64,000 nucleotides of DNA from Hyphomonadaceae bacterium (GCA_019753175.1 JAIELK010000026.1:19251-83250); one strand, 5' to 3'. Counted from the first letter of the stretch, positions 38,376 through 49,903 are shown. The notes: generated by a model not told the origin, from the sequence alone. Program-made: numbers and translations.

Positions 38376-39065
38376 ATGAAGCTCGATATTCAAACCCTCG
38401 ACGCCAAGAAGGCGGGTTCGATCGATCTTGATGACGCCGTGTTCGGCATCAAGGAGATCCGCGCCGACATCCTGCAGCGCATGGTGAAGTACCAGCTGGC
38501 TAAGCGCCGCGCCGGCACCCACAAGACGCTCTCGCGCGGCGAAGTCGCCCGGTCGCACTCCAAGCTCTACAAGCAAAAGGGCACTGGCCAGGCGCGTCAC
38601 GGCTCGGCGAACGCGCCGATCTTCCGTGGCGGCGGTCACGCCCACAATCGTCTGCCACGCGATTATGGTCACGACCTGCCTAAGAAGGTCCGCGCCCTGG
38701 CGCTGAAGCACGCGCTCTCCGCCAAAGCTATCGCCGGCGACATCGTGGTGATTGAAGCGGCGTCGTTGAAGGAAGCGAAAACCGCTGCGCTCGCAAAACA
38801 GCTCGGAAAGCTGAAGCTCGACAACGCCCTCTTCATTGCGGGCGCTGAGATTGATCAGAACTTCGCGCGCGCCGCGTCGAACCTCAAGAACATCGATGTG
38901 CTGCCGAACGCGGGTCTAAACGTTTATGACGTGCTCCGCCGCACCAAGTTGGTGCTTACGCCTGACGCAGTGAAAGCGATCCATGCGCGTTTCGCCGACG
39001 GCGCTGCGCCGGAACCGAAGAAGCGCGCGACAAAGACCAAGCAAGCTGAAGGGGCCGCAGCATGA
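38376..39065 (+). CDS. rplD: 50S ribosomal protein L4
   Basis: [24 protein letters not shown]...[12 protein letters not shown]... It has a basic C-terminal tail. Confidence 0.95.
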   Translation: MKLDIQTLDAKKAGSIDLDDAVFGIKEIRADILQRMVKYQLAKRRAGTHKTLSRGEVARSHSKLYKQKGTGQARHGSANAPIFRGGGHAHNRLPRDYGHDLPKKVRALALKHALSAKAIAGDIVVIEAASLKEAKTAALAKQLGKLKLDNALFIAGAEIDQNFARAASNLKNIDVLPNAGLNVYDVLRRTKLVLTPDAVKAIHARFADGAAPEPKKRATKTKQAEGAAA

Positions 39066-39358
39066 GCGCGCTCAAACACTACGACACCATCATCGCGCCC
39101 GTGATTACCGAGAAGGCGACCCTGCAATCTGAGAAGAACAAGGTCGTGTTCCGCGTGCCGCTGAACGCGACCAAGACCGAGATCAAGGAAGCGGTTGAGA
39201 AGCTGTTCAACGTCAAGGTTGGCGCGGTGAACACCATCGTTCGCAAGGGCAAGACCAAGTATTTCCGCGGCATTGAGGGCAAACGCTCCGACGTGAAGAA
39301 CGCGGTGGTGACGCTGCTGCCCGGCTACTCCATCGACGTGACGACGGGGCTTTCGTAA
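39062..39358 (+). CDS. rplW: 50S ribosomal protein L23
   Basis: 98 aa, [15 protein letters not shown]... Its ATG overlaps the rplD stop (ATGA). Confidence 0.95.
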   Translation: MSALKHYDTIIAPVITEKATLQSEKNKVVFRVPLNATKTEIKEAVEKLFNVKVGAVNTIVRKGKTKYFRGIEGKRSDVKNAVVTLLPGYSIDVTTGLS

Positions 39359-40194
39359 TGGCGTTGAAGACTTTCCGCCCGACTTCGCCCGGTCGCCGCG
39401 AATTGGTGATCGTGGACCGCGGCGAACTCTACAAGGGCAAGCCGGTCAAGGCATTGACCGAAGGATTGACCAAGTCCGGCGGACGCAACAATGCCGGCCG
39501 TGTCACAGCGTTTCGCCATGGCGGCGGCCACAAGCGTTCGTATCGCAAGATCGACTTCAAGCGCCGCAAGTGGAATATGGAAGCCGTTGTCGAGCGGCTG
39601 GAATACGATCCGAACCGCACGGCGTTTATCGCGCTGATCAAGTATCGCGACGGCGAACTGGCCTACATTATCGCGCCGCAGCGCTTGAAGGCAGGCGACA
39701 CCGTCGTCGCCGGCGAGCGTGTTGACGTGAAGCCAGGCAACGCCATGCCGCTGAAGGCGATACCGGTCGGCACGATTGTCCACAACATCGAGTTGAAGCC
39801 GCTGAAGGGTGCGCAGATGGCGCGGTCAGCCGGCACCTACGCGCAGGTCGTCGGTCGCGACGCCGGCTACGCCCAACTGCGCATGGCGTCGGGCGAAGTG
39901 CGCATGGTGCCGGACGTGTGCATGGCGTCGATCGGCGCTGTGTCCAACCCCGACAACATGAACGAAGTCTGGGGCAAGGCGGGACGCTCGAAATGGCTTG
40001 GGCGCAAGCCGACCGTGCGCGGCGTCGCTATGAACCCAGTCGATCACCCCCATGGCGGCGGCGAAGGCAAGACCTCCGGCGGACGCCACCCGGTCACGCC
40101 ATGGGGCAAGAAGACGCGCGGTCCGAAGACCCGCAAGACCAAGCCGTCCGATCGCCTGATCATTCGTCGCCGTCACGCGAAGAAAGTGAGCTAA
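39358..40194 (+). CDS. rplB: 50S ribosomal protein L2
   Basis: 278 aa, with GGGHKRSYR and [25 protein letters not shown]. Confidence 0.97.
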   Translation: MALKTFRPTSPGRRELVIVDRGELYKGKPVKALTEGLTKSGGRNNAGRVTAFRHGGGHKRSYRKIDFKRRKWNMEAVVERLEYDPNRTAFIALIKYRDGELAYIIAPQRLKAGDTVVAGERVDVKPGNAMPLKAIPVGTIVHNIELKPLKGAQMARSAGTYAQVVGRDAGYAQLRMASGEVRMVPDVCMASIGAVSNPDNMNEVWGKAGRSKWLGRKPTVRGVAMNPVDHPHGGGEGKTSGGRHPVTPWGKKTRGPKTRKTKPSDRLIIRRRHAKKVS

Positions 40195-40197
40195 CGT

Positions 40198-40476
40198 ATG
40201 CCGCGTTCTGTTTGGAAAGGCCCATTCGTCGACGGTTATCTGCTCGCCAAGGCTGAGAAAGTCTCTGGCAGCGGCCGCCGCGAAACGATCAAGACGTGGT
40301 CGCGCCGCTCCACCATCATGCCGCAATTCGTCGGCCTCACCTTCCAGGTGCACAACGGCAAGACATTCACGCCAGTGCTCGTGAGCGAGGACATGGTCGG
40401 CCACAAGCTCGGCGAGTTTGCGCCGACGCGCAATTATTACGGCCACGGCGCCGACAAAAAAGCCAAGAGGAAGTAA
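40198..40476 (+). CDS. rpsS: 30S ribosomal protein S19
   Basis: [16 protein letters not shown]...[10 protein letters not shown]...[11 protein letters not shown]. Confidence 0.97.
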   Translation: MPRSVWKGPFVDGYLLAKAEKVSGSGRRETIKTWSRRSTIMPQFVGLTFQVHNGKTFTPVLVSEDMVGHKLGEFAPTRNYYGHGADKKAKRK

Positions 40477-40479
40477 GCC

Positions 40480-40878
40480 ATGGGCAAGCCTAAGGCGCCT
40501 CCGAAACAAGCCCCCAACGAAGCGCGCGCGGTGCTGCGCGCGGTTCGCATCAGCCCGCAAAAGCTGAACCTGGTCGCGCAGTCGATCCGCGGTCTGTCGG
40601 CGGAGAAGGCCAAGAACGAGCTGCGGTTCTCGCGCAAGCGCATCGCCAAGGACGTGCTGAAGTGTCTGCAGTCGGCGATGGACAACGCCGAGAACAATCA
40701 CGGCCTTGACCTCGACGGTCTGGTGGTGGCGCAGGCCCATGTCGGCAAGAATATCACCATGAAGCGCATGCATCCGCGCGCTCGCGGCCGCGGCGTGCGC
40801 ATCGAAAAGCACTTCTCGCAAATCACCATCGTGCTGCGTGATACGACCAAGCAGCCCGAGACGGCGGAGGCCGCCTAA
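40480..40878 (+). CDS. rplV: 50S ribosomal protein L22
   Basis: 132 aa, with [17 protein letters not shown] and [12 protein letters not shown]. Confidence 0.95.
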   Translation: MGKPKAPPKQAPNEARAVLRAVRISPQKLNLVAQSIRGLSAEKAKNELRFSRKRIAKDVLKCLQSAMDNAENNHGLDLDGLVVAQAHVGKNITMKRMHPRARGRGVRIEKHFSQITIVLRDTTKQPETAEAA

Positions 40879-41672
40879 TGGGTCAGAAAGTCAATCCGAT
40901 CGGCTTGCGCCTCGGCGTCAACCGCACTTGGGATTCGCGCTGGTACGCGAATACCCGCGACTATGCGCGGCTGCTGCATGAGGACATCAAGATCCGCAAG
41001 TTCCTGCGCGAGAAGCTGGCTGCGGCCGGCATCTCCAAGATCATCATCGAGCGCCCGCTCAAGAAGTGCCGCGTCACCGTTCACACCGCAAAGCCCGGTG
41101 TAGTGATCGGCAAGAAAGGCGCCGATATCGAGAAGCTCCGCAAGGACCTTGCCAAGATGGCGCCCAACGCGGAAGTCCACTTGAACCTCGTCGAGGTGCG
41201 CAAGCCGGAAACCGATTCCAACTTGGTCGCCGAAGGCGTCGCTCAGCAGCTGGAACGCCGCGTTGCCTTCCGTCGCGCCATGAAGCGGGCGATGCAATCG
41301 GCCATGCGCTTGGGCGCGCAGGGCATCCGCATCAATGTGTCGGGCCGTCTGGGCGGGGCGGAAATCGCACGTATGGAATGGTACCGCGAAGGCCGCGTGC
41401 CGTTGCACACGCTGCGCGCTGACGTCGATTACGGCTTCGCCGAAGCTGACACCGCCTATGGCAAGATCGGCGTGAAGGTGTGGATCTTCAAAGGTGAGAT
41501 CATGGAGCACGATCCAATGGCGCAGGATCGGCGCGCGCTGGAAACCGGCGAGAACCGCGAGCGCCGCGATCGCGACGATCGTCCGCGTGCGCCGCGCGAT
41601 GATCGAGCGCCTGGCGATCGTCCGCGCCGCGGACGCCGTCGCACTGGCGAAGACGCCGAGCAGGAGGCGTAA
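40878..41672 (+). CDS. rpsC: 30S ribosomal protein S3 (Arg/Asp-rich C-terminal tail)
   Basis: [24 protein letters not shown]...[12 protein letters not shown]... Confidence 0.96.
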   Translation: MGQKVNPIGLRLGVNRTWDSRWYANTRDYARLLHEDIKIRKFLREKLAAAGISKIIIERPLKKCRVTVHTAKPGVVIGKKGADIEKLRKDLAKMAPNAEVHLNLVEVRKPETDSNLVAEGVAQQLERRVAFRRAMKRAMQSAMRLGAQGIRINVSGRLGGAEIARMEWYREGRVPLHTLRADVDYGFAEADTAYGKIGVKVWIFKGEIMEHDPMAQDRRALETGENRERRDRDDRPRAPRDDRAPGDRPRRGRRRTGEDAEQEA

Positions 41673-41678
41673 CCCATC

Positions 41679-42095
41679 ATGATGCAGCCGAAAAAAACCA
41701 AGTTCCGGCGCGCCCATAAGGGGCGCATCAAGGGGAACACCAAGGGCGGCGCGGCCCTCAACTTCGGCCAGTTTGGGCTGAAGGCGCTTGAGCCAAATCG
41801 CGTCAATGCGAGAGAGATCGAGGCTGCACGGCGCGCGATCACGCGTGAAATGAAGCGCCAGGGTCGGGTCTGGATCCGCATCTTCCCGGACGTGCCGGTG
41901 TCGAAGAAGCCTGTCGAAGTCCGCATGGGTTCTGGCAAAGGCGCGCCGGAATTCTGGGCGGCGCGCGTCGCGCCCGGCCGGATCATGTTCGAGGTCGACG
42001 GCGTGCCGGAAGCTGTGGCGCGTGAATCGCTACGCCTGGGCGCAGCCAAGCTCTCGGTGCGGACCAAGATCGTCGCCCGGGTGGAGGGCCTCTGA
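41679..42095 (+). CDS. rplP: 50S ribosomal protein L16
   Basis: [19 protein letters not shown]...[12 protein letters not shown]... Confidence 0.96.
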   Translation: MMQPKKTKFRRAHKGRIKGNTKGGAALNFGQFGLKALEPNRVNAREIEAARRAITREMKRQGRVWIRIFPDVPVSKKPVEVRMGSGKGAPEFWAARVAPGRIMFEVDGVPEAVARESLRLGAAKLSVRTKIVARVEGL

Positions 42096-42316
42096 TGAAA
42101 CACAAAGAGATCCGCAAAGAGCTGGGCGACTTACGCGGCGGCGACGCCGGCCGTGTCACCGCCGAACTCGTCGACCTCAAGAAGGAGCAGTTCAATCTGC
42201 GCTTCCAGCAGGCCACCGGTCAGCTCGAGAAAACCTCCCGCGTGCGCGAAGTGCGCCGCATGATCGCGCGCGCCAAGACGGTGCTGCGCGAGAAGCAAAC
42301 GAAAGCGAAGGTCTAA
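42095..42316 (+). CDS. rpmC: 50S ribosomal protein L29
   Basis: 73 aa, [35 protein letters not shown]. Its start overlaps the rplP stop (TGATG). Confidence 0.93.
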   Translation: MKHKEIRKELGDLRGGDAGRVTAELVDLKKEQFNLRFQQATGQLEKTSRVREVRRMIARAKTVLREKQTKAKV

Positions 42317-42320
42317 AGCA

Positions 42321-42560
42321 ATGCCGCGCCGTGTTATGCAAGGAACAGTCGTGAGCGACAAAGGCGACAAGACTGTCGTGGTCCAGGTCGAGCGCACGTA
42401 TCTGCACCCGCTTCTGAGGAAGACGGTGCGTCGCTCGGCGAAGTTTCACGCCCATGACGAAGCCAACAGCTTCAAGGCTGGCGACATCGTCCAAATCCAA
42501 GAATGCCCGCCCAAATCCAAGCTGAAGCGCTGGGAAGTGGTCGGGCGCGTCGGAGCATGA
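42321..42560 (+). CDS. rpsQ: 30S ribosomal protein S17
   Basis: [25 protein letters not shown]...KFHAHDE...KRWEV. Confidence 0.95.
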   Translation: MPRRVMQGTVVSDKGDKTVVVQVERTYLHPLLRKTVRRSAKFHAHDEANSFKAGDIVQIQECPPKSKLKRWEVVGRVGA

Positions 42561-42564
42561 TGTC

Positions 42565-42933
42565 ATGATCCAGATGCAAACCAACCTCGACGTCGCCGAC
42601 AATTCCGGCGCTAAACGCGTAATGTGCATCAAGGTGCTAGGCGGCTCCAAGCGTCGCTACGCTACCGTCGGCGACATCATCGTCGTTTCGGTCAAGGAAG
42701 CGATGCCCCGCGGCCGCGTAAAAAAGGGCGATGTACGCAAGGCGATTGTGGTGCGCGTTTCGAAGGACATCAAACGCAAGGACGGGTCGACCATCCGCTT
42801 CGATTCTAACGCCGCCGTTCTCATCAATAATCAAGGCGAGCCGATCGGCACGCGCATCTTCGGACCGGTCCCGCGCGAGCTGCGCGCGAAGAACCAGATG
42901 AAGATCATCTCGCTCGCTCCGGAGGTGCTCTGA
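42565..42933 (+). CDS. rplN: 50S ribosomal protein L14
   Basis: [28 protein letters not shown]... Confidence 0.97.
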   Translation: MIQMQTNLDVADNSGAKRVMCIKVLGGSKRRYATVGDIIVVSVKEAMPRGRVKKGDVRKAIVVRVSKDIKRKDGSTIRFDSNAAVLINNQGEPIGTRIFGPVPRELRAKNQMKIISLAPEVL

Positions 42934-43262
42934 TGGCGTCGCGTATTAAGAAGGACGACACCGTTATCGTCATCGCCGGCAAGGACAAAGGCCGCTCCGG
43001 ACGCGTGCTTACGGTCCTGACGAAGGAGGAGCGCGTCTTGGTCGAAGGCGTGAACCTAGTGAAGCGTCACACCGCGCCGTCGATGAAGCATCCCCAAGGA
43101 GGCGTCATCTCGAAGGAAGCGCCGCTGCACATCTCCAACGTCGCGCTGCGCGACCCGAAGACGGGTAAGGCGACCCGCGTCGGTTTCAAGATCGTCGGAG
43201 AGGGCGCGCAGCGCCGTAAGGTGCGCGTCGCGAAGGGTTCGGGAGTTCAGATCGATGTCTGA
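42933..43262 (+). CDS. rplX: 50S ribosomal protein L24
   Basis: 109 aa with a KOW motif ([21 protein letters not shown]). Confidence 0.95.
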   Translation: MASRIKKDDTVIVIAGKDKGRSGRVLTVLTKEERVLVEGVNLVKRHTAPSMKHPQGGVISKEAPLHISNVALRDPKTGKATRVGFKIVGEGAQRRKVRVAKGSGVQIDV

Positions 43263-43902
43263 CGCTCAGCAACAAAAACCGAAGGGCGGCGACAAGAAGC
43301 CGGCGGCGAAAGCCAAGCAAGCCGCGCCTTCGCGTCCGCGCGCGCCGAAGCCTGCGGATTACGAGCCGCGCCTCAAGTCCCGGTACAAGAGCGAGATCAA
43401 GAGCCGTCTCAAGGAACAATTCAGCTACACCAACGAGATGCAGATCCCGCGTCTGGAAAAGATCGTGATCAATATGGGCGTCGGCGAAGCGACGCAGGAC
43501 TCGAAGAAGCTGACGTCGGCTGTCGAGGCGCTGGCGCTTATCGCCGGCCAGAAGCCGGTGATGACCAAGGCGCGCAAGTCCATTGCGGCGTTCAAGCTGC
43601 GCGAAGGCATGAGCGTGGGCGCCAAAGTCACGTTGCGCAAGGACCAGATGTACGAGTTTCTAGATCGTCTGATCACGATTGCACTGCCGCGGGTCAAGGA
43701 TTTCCGCGGCCTCAACGGCAAGAGTTTCGATGGCCGCGGCAACTACGCCATGGGCATCAAGGAACACATCGTGTTCCCCGAAATCAATTACGACCAGATC
43801 GACCAGATTTGGGGCATGGACATCGTCGTCTGCACCACTGCGCGCACCGACGCTGAAGCCATGGCCCTGTTGAAGGAGTTCGATTTCCCGTTCCGGAACT
43901 GA
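43255..43902 (+). CDS. rplE: 50S ribosomal protein L5 (about 35-aa Lys/Pro/Ala-rich N-terminal extension)
   Basis: Contains [44 protein letters not shown] and [10 protein letters not shown]. Confidence 0.95.
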   Translation: MSDAQQQKPKGGDKKPAAKAKQAAPSRPRAPKPADYEPRLKSRYKSEIKSRLKEQFSYTNEMQIPRLEKIVINMGVGEATQDSKKLTSAVEALALIAGQKPVMTKARKSIAAFKLREGMSVGAKVTLRKDQMYEFLDRLITIALPRVKDFRGLNGKSFDGRGNYAMGIKEHIVFPEINYDQIDQIWGMDIVVCTTARTDAEAMALLKEFDFPFRN

Positions 43903-43949
43903 CCGGCGCAAGTCGGTCCACCCCAGAACGCATCGGGAGAAGTGAAAGC

Positions 43950-44255
43950 ATGGCGAAGACAAGCTCTATCGAACGCAACAAGAAGCGCGAGCGCTTGGCG
44001 AAGCAGTACGCCGCGCGTCGGGCTAAGTTGCGTGCGGCCGCACTCAACGAGGACCTGCCGCTCGAAGAGCGGTTCGCGGCGCGGCTCAAGCTTGCGCAAC
44101 TGCCGCGCAATTCCTCGGCCACGCGTGTCCGCAATCGCTGCGAACTGACCGGGCGTCCACGCGCGTTCTACCGCAAGCTGAAGATGTCGCGGATCGCGCT
44201 ACGGGATTTGGCCTCCAAGGGCCAGATTCCGGGCATGGTGAAGTCGAGCTGGTGA
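43950..44255 (+). CDS. rpsN: 30S ribosomal protein S14
   Basis: 101 aa, [16 protein letters not shown]...[27 protein letters not shown]...W. Confidence 0.95.
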   Translation: MAKTSSIERNKKRERLAKQYAARRAKLRAAALNEDLPLEERFAARLKLAQLPRNSSATRVRNRCELTGRPRAFYRKLKMSRIALRDLASKGQIPGMVKSSW

Positions 44256-44262
44256 GGGCGAG

Positions 44263-44658
44263 ATGAACCTGAACGATCCCATCGGCGATCTCATTAGCCG
44301 CATCCGCAACGCTCAGCTGCGTGGCCGCTCGAAGCTGACCTCGCCAGCGTCGACTCTGCGTGTGCGCGTCCTGAACGTACTCAAGAGCGAAGGCTACATC
44401 CGTGACTTCCGCGAGTTGCAGAACGGCGCCCATAAAGAAATCGAAATCGAGTTGAAGTATTTCGAAGGCGCGCCGGCGATCCATCAGATCCAGCGCGTGT
44501 CGAAGCCTGGCCGCCGTGTCTACTCTTCAATCAAGGATCTGCGCCTGGTGCGCAACGGCCTTGGCATCTCGATCCTGTCCACGCCGAAGGGCGTGATGAG
44601 CGATGCCGCCGCCCGCGACGCCAATGTCGGCGGCGAGATTCTCTGCGAGGTTTATTGA
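44263..44658 (+). CDS. rpsH: 30S ribosomal protein S8
   Basis: [18 protein letters not shown]...[11 protein letters not shown]...GGEILCEVY. Confidence 0.96.
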   Translation: MNLNDPIGDLISRIRNAQLRGRSKLTSPASTLRVRVLNVLKSEGYIRDFRELQNGAHKEIEIELKYFEGAPAIHQIQRVSKPGRRVYSSIKDLRLVRNGLGISILSTPKGVMSDAAARDANVGGEILCEVY

Positions 44659-45191
44659 TGTCACGCCTCGGCAAGAAACCAATCCCCGCTCCTACCGGCG
44701 TCACCATCACGGTGAAAGGCCAGGAAGTGAGCGTAAAGGGTCCCAAGGGGACGTTGAACTTCCGCGCCCATGACGACGTGGAAGTATCGTTTGGCGATGG
44801 CGCGATCGCGGTGAAGCCGCGGCACGAGACCACGCGCGCGCGTGCGCTGTGGGGTACGACCCGTGCGGTGCTCGCGAACAATGTGAAGGGCGTCACCCAG
44901 GGTTTTGAGAAGAGCCTGGAAATGACAGGGGTCGGTTATCGCGCCGCGATGCAGGGCAAGAACCTGCAAATGCAGCTCGGCTATAGCCACGAGATTGTCT
45001 ACACGCCTCCCGAAGGCGTGACGCTGGCGACTCCAAAGCCCACCGAAATCAAGGTCAGCGGCTTCGACCCCCAAGTCGTTGGTCAGGTCGCTGCCGAAAT
45101 CCGTTCCTATCGTCCGCCCGAGCCGTACAAGGGCAAGGGCGTGCGCTATGCCGGCGAGCATATTCGCCGCAAGGAAGGCAAGAAGAAGTAA
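44658..45191 (+). CDS. rplF: 50S ribosomal protein L6
   Basis: [31 protein letters not shown]...[10 protein letters not shown]. Its ATG overlaps the rpsH stop by 1 nt. The ORF in the track opens at a TTG 3 nt upstream. Confidence 0.95.
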   Translation: MSRLGKKPIPAPTGVTITVKGQEVSVKGPKGTLNFRAHDDVEVSFGDGAIAVKPRHETTRARALWGTTRAVLANNVKGVTQGFEKSLEMTGVGYRAAMQGKNLQMQLGYSHEIVYTPPEGVTLATPKPTEIKVSGFDPQVVGQVAAEIRSYRPPEPYKGKGVRYAGEHIRRKEGKKK

Positions 45192-45196
45192 GTCCG

Positions 45197-45562
45197 ATGC
45201 CGCGAAAACTCGACCCCACCGCACGCCGCGCTCAGCGCACTCGCACTCGCATTAAGAAGCTAGCGAGCGACGGGCGCCTGCGGCTCTCCGTGTTTCGCTC
45301 TTCGAAGCACATATCGGCCCAGCTGATCGATGACGCCAACGGCGTGACAATCGCCTCAGCGTCGACGCTCGACGAGGCGTTCAAGAAGTCCGGCAAGAAG
45401 AGTTCGGACAAGACCGGTGCTGCCGAGATCGGCAAGCTGATCGCCGAACGCGCGATCGCCAAAGGACAGAAGAAGGTCGTGTTCGATCGCGGCCGCTACG
45501 TATTTCATGGCCGGGTAAAGGCCCTAGCCGAAGCCGCCCGCGAGGGCGGGCTCGATTTCTGA
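45197..45562 (+). CDS. rplR: 50S ribosomal protein L18
   Basis: 121 aa, with [18 protein letters not shown] and [26 protein letters not shown]. Confidence 0.95.
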   Translation: MPRKLDPTARRAQRTRTRIKKLASDGRLRLSVFRSSKHISAQLIDDANGVTIASASTLDEAFKKSGKKSSDKTGAAEIGKLIAERAIAKGQKKVVFDRGRYVFHGRVKALAEAAREGGLDF

Positions 45563-45572
45563 GGACGACCCA

Positions 45573-46238
45573 ATGTCGGATGAAACTCCAGGCGCTAGCC
45601 CTGAGCAAACAGAACAGCCCCGACGCGGGCGCGGGCCCCGCCGCGGTGGCGGCGGCGGCGGCGATCGCGGGCGGCGTCAGCGCGAGCCTCAAGCCCAGGA
45701 AGAGCGCGCTGAAGGGGAGCTCGTTGACAAGCTCGTTGCCATCAACCGCGTCGCCAAAGTGGTGAAGGGCGGCAAGAATTTCGGCTTCGCCGCGCTGGTT
45801 GTCGTCGGCGACAAGAAGGGTCGCGTCGGCTTCGGACACGGCAAGGCCCGCGAAGTCCCGGAAGCGATCCGAAAGGCGACTGAAGAGGCCAAGAAAACCC
45901 TGGTGCGCGTGCCCCTGCGCGAGGGCCGCACCTTGCATCACGACGGTCATGGTCGTTGGGGCGCCGGCAAGGTGATGCTGCGTGCAGCGCCCGCGGGTAC
46001 GGGCCTTATCGCTGGGGGCCCGATGCGCGCGGTGCTCGAAGTTCTCGGCGTGTCTGACGTGGTTGCGAAGTCGAAGGGTTCGTCGAACCCCTACAACATG
46101 GTCCGCGCAACCTTCGACGCGCTGAAGTCGCAAAGTTCGCCGCGTCAGATTGCGAACCGCCGTGGTCTCAAGGTGGCGGACTTGGTCGGCCGCCGCAAAG
46201 ATGGCGCCAGCCTCGGCGAAGTTCCGGCGGAGGGCTAA
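45573..46238 (+). CDS. rpsE: 30S ribosomal protein S5 (Gly/Arg-rich N-terminal extension)
   Basis: Contains [49 protein letters not shown] and [12 protein letters not shown]. Confidence 0.95.
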   Translation: MSDETPGASPEQTEQPRRGRGPRRGGGGGGDRGRRQREPQAQEERAEGELVDKLVAINRVAKVVKGGKNFGFAALVVVGDKKGRVGFGHGKAREVPEAIRKATEEAKKTLVRVPLREGRTLHHDGHGRWGAGKVMLRAAPAGTGLIAGGPMRAVLEVLGVSDVVAKSKGSSNPYNMVRATFDALKSQSSPRQIANRRGLKVADLVGRRKDGASLGEVPAEG

Positions 46239-46241
46239 GCG

Positions 46242-46421
46242 ATGGCGAAGAAGATCAAAGTGCGCCGTGTCGGCAGCCCAATTCGTCGCGAGAACAGCCA
46301 GCGCGCGACTCTGTTGGGCTTGGGCCTCAAGCGGGCCAACCAAGTCGTCGAACTCGACGATACGCCTGCCGTGCAAGGGATGATCCGCAAGGTCGGGCAT
46401 CTGGTGGAAGTTGTGAAATGA
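46242..46421 (+). CDS. rpmD: 50S ribosomal protein L30
   Basis: My own translation gives [59 protein letters not shown] (59 aa). It is not listed in the ORF track; the shortest listed ORFs are 60 aa. It is in the expected position between rpsE and rplO. Confidence 0.9.
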   Translation: MAKKIKVRRVGSPIRRENSQRATLLGLGLKRANQVVELDDTPAVQGMIRKVGHLVEVVK

Positions 46422-46500
46422 GCGAATGGGGAGTGGCGAGCAGCGACGTGGGATCGTTCCATTCGCCAAGCGCCATTCGCCTCGCCCGGAGCGAAGCGAC
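46422..46500. repeat. second copy of the GCGAATGG palindromic repeat family, in the rpmD-rplO spacer
   Basis: agcgaatggggagtggcgagcagcgac...ccattcgccaagcgccattcgcctcgcc has arms related to the element at 905-1015. Confidence 0.55.
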
Positions 46501-46986
46501 ATGAAACTGAATCAACTCGCGGACAATCCTGGGAGCGCGAAGAAGCTGATGCGCGTTGGGCGCGGCGTCGGCTCGGGCAAAGGGAAGACCGGTGGCCGTG
46601 GCGTCAAGGGTCAGAAGTCTCGCCGTGGCGTCTCGATCAATGGCTTCGAGGGCGGTCAGATGCCGCTGCACATGCGCATGCCGAAGCGCGGCTTCACCCC
46701 GCCAGCTCAGAAGCGGATGACGTGGATCAATCTCGCAAGCCTGCAAAAGGCTATCGATAACAAGAAGATCGACGCCGGCGCAGAGATCACTGAAGACGCG
46801 CTGGTCGCCGCCGGAGTGTTGCGGCGTAAGAAAGACGGCGTGCGCCTCCTTGCGCGCGGCGAACTCAAGTCCAAAGTGAGCATCACAGTGTCTGGCGCTT
46901 CGGCGGCGGCGGTGGCCGCTGTGGAGAAAGCCGGCGGCAAGGTGACGCTGCTCAATCCGCCTGCGGCGGACACCGCGGCGGCTTAA
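46501..46986 (+). CDS. rplO: 50S ribosomal protein L15
   Basis: [41 protein letters not shown]... The part of the track ORF upstream of this ATG reads through the repeat. Confidence 0.95.
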   Translation: MKLNQLADNPGSAKKLMRVGRGVGSGKGKTGGRGVKGQKSRRGVSINGFEGGQMPLHMRMPKRGFTPPAQKRMTWINLASLQKAIDNKKIDAGAEITEDALVAAGVLRRKKDGVRLLARGELKSKVSITVSGASAAAVAAVEKAGGKVTLLNPPAADTAAA

Positions 46987-47048
46987 GACGTTCTCTGGAC
47001 GGGAGTTTCCGCGTTCAGCGGAATTAGGATTCGGAGCGCGCGCGCCTC

Positions 47049-48401
47049 ATGGCTTCAGCTGCAGAACAACTCGCCGCGAACATTAATTTTCAGGCTTTCG
47101 CCAAAGCCACCGACCTGCAGAAGCGCATCTGGTACACGCTGCTGGCGCTCGTCGTTTACCGCATCGGCACCTTCATCCCGATCCCGGGCATCGATGGCGC
47201 TGCGTTTGCGCAGGCGTTTCAAAGCCAGGCGGGCGGTATTCTGGGGATGTTCAATACATTCTCGGGCGGCGCCGTGGAGCGGATGTCGATCTTCGCGCTC
47301 AACGTGATGCCGTACATTTCGGCGTCGATCATCATTCAGATGATGGCGACATCCGTGCCTTCGCTGGAGCGGTTGAAGAAGGAAGGCGAGGTCGGCCGCA
47401 AGCAACTCAACCAGTACACACGCTATCTCACGCTGGCATTGGCGATCTTCCAGTCCTACGGCATCGCGTTGGGCCTGCAATCCAGCGCCGGGGTGGTGAC
47501 GAACCCCGGCATTTTCTTCGTTGCGTCCACGGTGATCACGCTGACCGGCGGCACCATGTTCCTGATGTGGATCGGCGAGCAGATCACGGCGCGCGGGGTC
47601 GGCAACGGCATCTCGCTGATCATCTTCGCGGGGATTATCGCCGAGATGCCGCGGGTGGTGTTCCAAAGCCTTGAGCTTGCCCGCACTGGCGACATCAATC
47701 CGTTGGCGATCTTCGTGATCGGTGCGGTAATGATGGCGGCGATCGTGTTTATCGTTTTCATCGAGCGCTCGCAGCGGCGGCTCGTGGTGCAGTACCCAAA
47801 GCGCCAGCAGGGCAATCGCATGTTCATGGGCGAAAGCTCGTTCCTGCCGCTGAAAATCAACACTGCCGGCGTTATCCCGCCGATCTTCGCCTCATCGCTG
47901 CTGCTGCTGCCGACGACGATCGTCAGCTTCGCCGGCATGGGCGAAAACACACCTGAGTGGCTTGATCAGATGCAGGGAATGCTAGGCTACGGCCAGCCGC
48001 TGCACATGGCCCTCTACGCCATTGGGATCGTCTTCTTCTGCTTCTTTTACACGTCGATCGTCTTCAACCCTGAAGAGACTGCCGACAATCTGCGCAAATA
48101 TGGCGGCTTCCTGCCGGGTATTCGGCCGGGCAAGAAGACCGCCGAGTATCTGGACTACGTGCTCACGAGGCTGACCGTGATCGGTGCGGCCTACATCACA
48201 TTGGTGTGTTTGCTTCCGGAAGTGATGATCGCCTACTACTCGGTGCCGTTCTACCTGGGTGGAACGTCGGTGCTGATCGTGGTGTCGGTGACGCTGGACA
48301 CGGTGGCGCAGATACAGTCGCACTTGGTGGCGCACCAATATGAAGGCCTGATCAAGCGCTCGAAGCTGCGTGGCAACAATCCAGGATTGCCGCGGAAATG
48401 A
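47049..48401 (+). CDS. secY: preprotein translocase subunit SecY
   Basis: 450 aa with 10 TM segments, including IPIPGID, SIFALNVMPYISASII and QRRLVVQYPKRQ. Confidence 0.97.
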   Translation: MASAAEQLAANINFQAFAKATDLQKRIWYTLLALVVYRIGTFIPIPGIDGAAFAQAFQSQAGGILGMFNTFSGGAVERMSIFALNVMPYISASIIIQMMATSVPSLERLKKEGEVGRKQLNQYTRYLTLALAIFQSYGIALGLQSSAGVVTNPGIFFVASTVITLTGGTMFLMWIGEQITARGVGNGISLIIFAGIIAEMPRVVFQSLELARTGDINPLAIFVIGAVMMAAIVFIVFIERSQRRLVVQYPKRQQGNRMFMGESSFLPLKINTAGVIPPIFASSLLLLPTTIVSFAGMGENTPEWLDQMQGMLGYGQPLHMALYAIGIVFFCFFYTSIVFNPEETADNLRKYGGFLPGIRPGKKTAEYLDYVLTRLTVIGAAYITLVCLLPEVMIAYYSVPFYLGGTSVLIVVSVTLDTVAQIQSHLVAHQYEGLIKRSKLRGNNPGLPRK

Positions 48402-48961
48402 ACCTGGTCCTGTTCGGTCCGCCTGCTGCGGGCAAGGGCACCCAGGCCAAGCGCCTCACGGCCGAACGTGGATATGTGCAGCTCTCGACTGGTGACATGC
48501 TGCGCGCGGCGCGAAAGTCCGGCTCCGAACTGGGTCAGCGCGTCGCTGCCATCATGGATGCGGGCAACCTGGTGTCCGACGAGATCGTGATTGCGCTGAT
48601 CGAAGAAGCGCTGGCCGCCAATAGCCGAGCACCAGGCTTCATCTTCGACGGCTTTCCCCGAACGGTCGCGCAGGCAGAGGCGCTCGATGCGATGCTGGGC
48701 AGGCATGGCCAGCAGATTGATTGCGTGATCCGTCTCGAAGTCGATAGCCAAAAACTAATGGATCGGGTCGCCAAGCGCTTTGCCGAAGAGGGCAGGGCTG
48801 ACGACAATCCGGACGCCTACAAGGTCCGTCTCGACGCCTATATTGCTCAAACCGCGCCTCTGCTGCCCTATTATGAACGCCAAGGAAAACTGGTGGGGGT
48901 CGACGGGATGTCGGACGTGGAGACGGTGGCGCGGGCCATTGCCGCAGCCCTGGACGTGTAG
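48398..48961 (+). CDS. adk: adenylate kinase (short-lid form)
   Basis: [20 protein letters not shown]...LSTGDMLRA...FDGFPRT. Its ATG overlaps the secY stop. Confidence 0.95.
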   Translation: MNLVLFGPPAAGKGTQAKRLTAERGYVQLSTGDMLRAARKSGSELGQRVAAIMDAGNLVSDEIVIALIEEALAANSRAPGFIFDGFPRTVAQAEALDAMLGRHGQQIDCVIRLEVDSQKLMDRVAKRFAEEGRADDNPDAYKVRLDAYIAQTAPLLPYYERQGKLVGVDGMSDVETVARAIAAALDV

Positions 48962-49000
48962 GCCGACCATTCGGTCGCGGGAGAACCGCGTTTCACCTGG

Positions 49001-49028
49001 TTGACGCGGCATTTAGCCCCGCTATATA
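49001..49028 (+). promoter_or_regulatory. candidate promoter of the alpha operon (rpsM-rpsK-rpoA-rplQ)
   Basis: TTGACGC-N13-GCTATATA is the best match in the window both to TTGACGS-N10-14-GCTANAWC and to a TTGACG-16-TATATA sigma-70 layout. Confidence 0.55.
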
Positions 49029-49119
49029 CGGCTCCCTTCGCGAACACCCATGCCGCGATGCTCCCCGAGCCGAATGGCCCGGCGGCGTCGCGTCTATTGC
49101 GTTTTGGAGCACCGCCTCA

Positions 49120-49500
49120 ATGGCTCGTATCGCAGGCGTCAATATTCCGACCCAAAAGCGCGTCGTTATCGCGCTGCAGTACATTCACGGCATCGGCCCT
49201 CACTTCGCCAAGGAGATTTGCGGCAAGGTCGGCATTGGCGACGCCCGTCGGGTCGGGGAGCTCACAGACGCAGAGGTTCTCCAAATCCGGGAGGCCATTG
49301 ACCGCGACTATACCGTCGAGGGCGATCTGCGCCGCGAGAACTCCACCAACATCAAGCGGCTGATGGATCTGGGCTGCTATCGCGGGCTTCGTCACCGTAA
49401 GGGCCTGCCGGTGCGCGGCCAGCGCACCCACACCAACGCACGCACCCGCAAGGGTCCCGCCAAGCCGATCGCCGGCAAGAAGCAAGCAACCAAGAAGTAA
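49120..49500 (+). CDS. rpsM: 30S ribosomal protein S13
   Basis: [26 protein letters not shown]... Confidence 0.97.
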   Translation: MARIAGVNIPTQKRVVIALQYIHGIGPHFAKEICGKVGIGDARRVGELTDAEVLQIREAIDRDYTVEGDLRRENSTNIKRLMDLGCYRGLRHRKGLPVRGQRTHTNARTRKGPAKPIAGKKQATKK

Positions 49501-49513
49501 GGACCAAGCCGCG

Positions 49514-49903
49514 ATGGCAAAGGAATCCACCCGCGTAAAGAAGCGCGAGCGCAAGAACATCGTGACCGGCGTCGCGCATGTGAGCGCGTCGTTCAACAAT
49601 ACGATGATCACCATCTCCGATGCGCAAGGTAACACGATCGCCTGGTCGAGCGCTGGCACCATGGGCTTCAAGGGCTCGCGCAAGTCGACACCGTACGCTG
49701 CGCAGGTCGCCGCCGAGGATGCGGGACGCAAGGCGATGGAACACGGCATGCGCACGGTTGAGGTGAATGTGTCTGGTCCAGGCGCTGGGCGCGAGAGCGC
49801 GTTGCGGGCGCTCCAGGCCATCGGCTTCACGGTGACGTCGATCCGCGATGTGACGCCGATCCCCCACAATGGTTGCCGGCCGCCGAAGCGCCGCCGCGTC
49901 TAA
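49514..49903 (+). CDS. rpsK: 30S ribosomal protein S11
   Basis: Contains [32 protein letters not shown] and [18 protein letters not shown]. Confidence 0.97.
   Translation: MAKESTRVKKRERKNIVTGVAHVSASFNNTMITISDAQGNTIAWSSAGTMGFKGSRKSTPYAAQVAAEDAGRKAMEHGMRTVEVNVSGPGAGRESALRALQAIGFTVTSIRDVTPIPHNGCRPPKRRRV

Noticed and set aside
37156-46502. Several long minus-strand ORFs inside the ribosomal protein operons (37156-38178, 39826-40821, 40875-41717, 45381-46502).
   Set aside because: All are antisense to canonical r-protein genes and have the Arg/Ala/Gly-rich shadow composition. There is no independent support.
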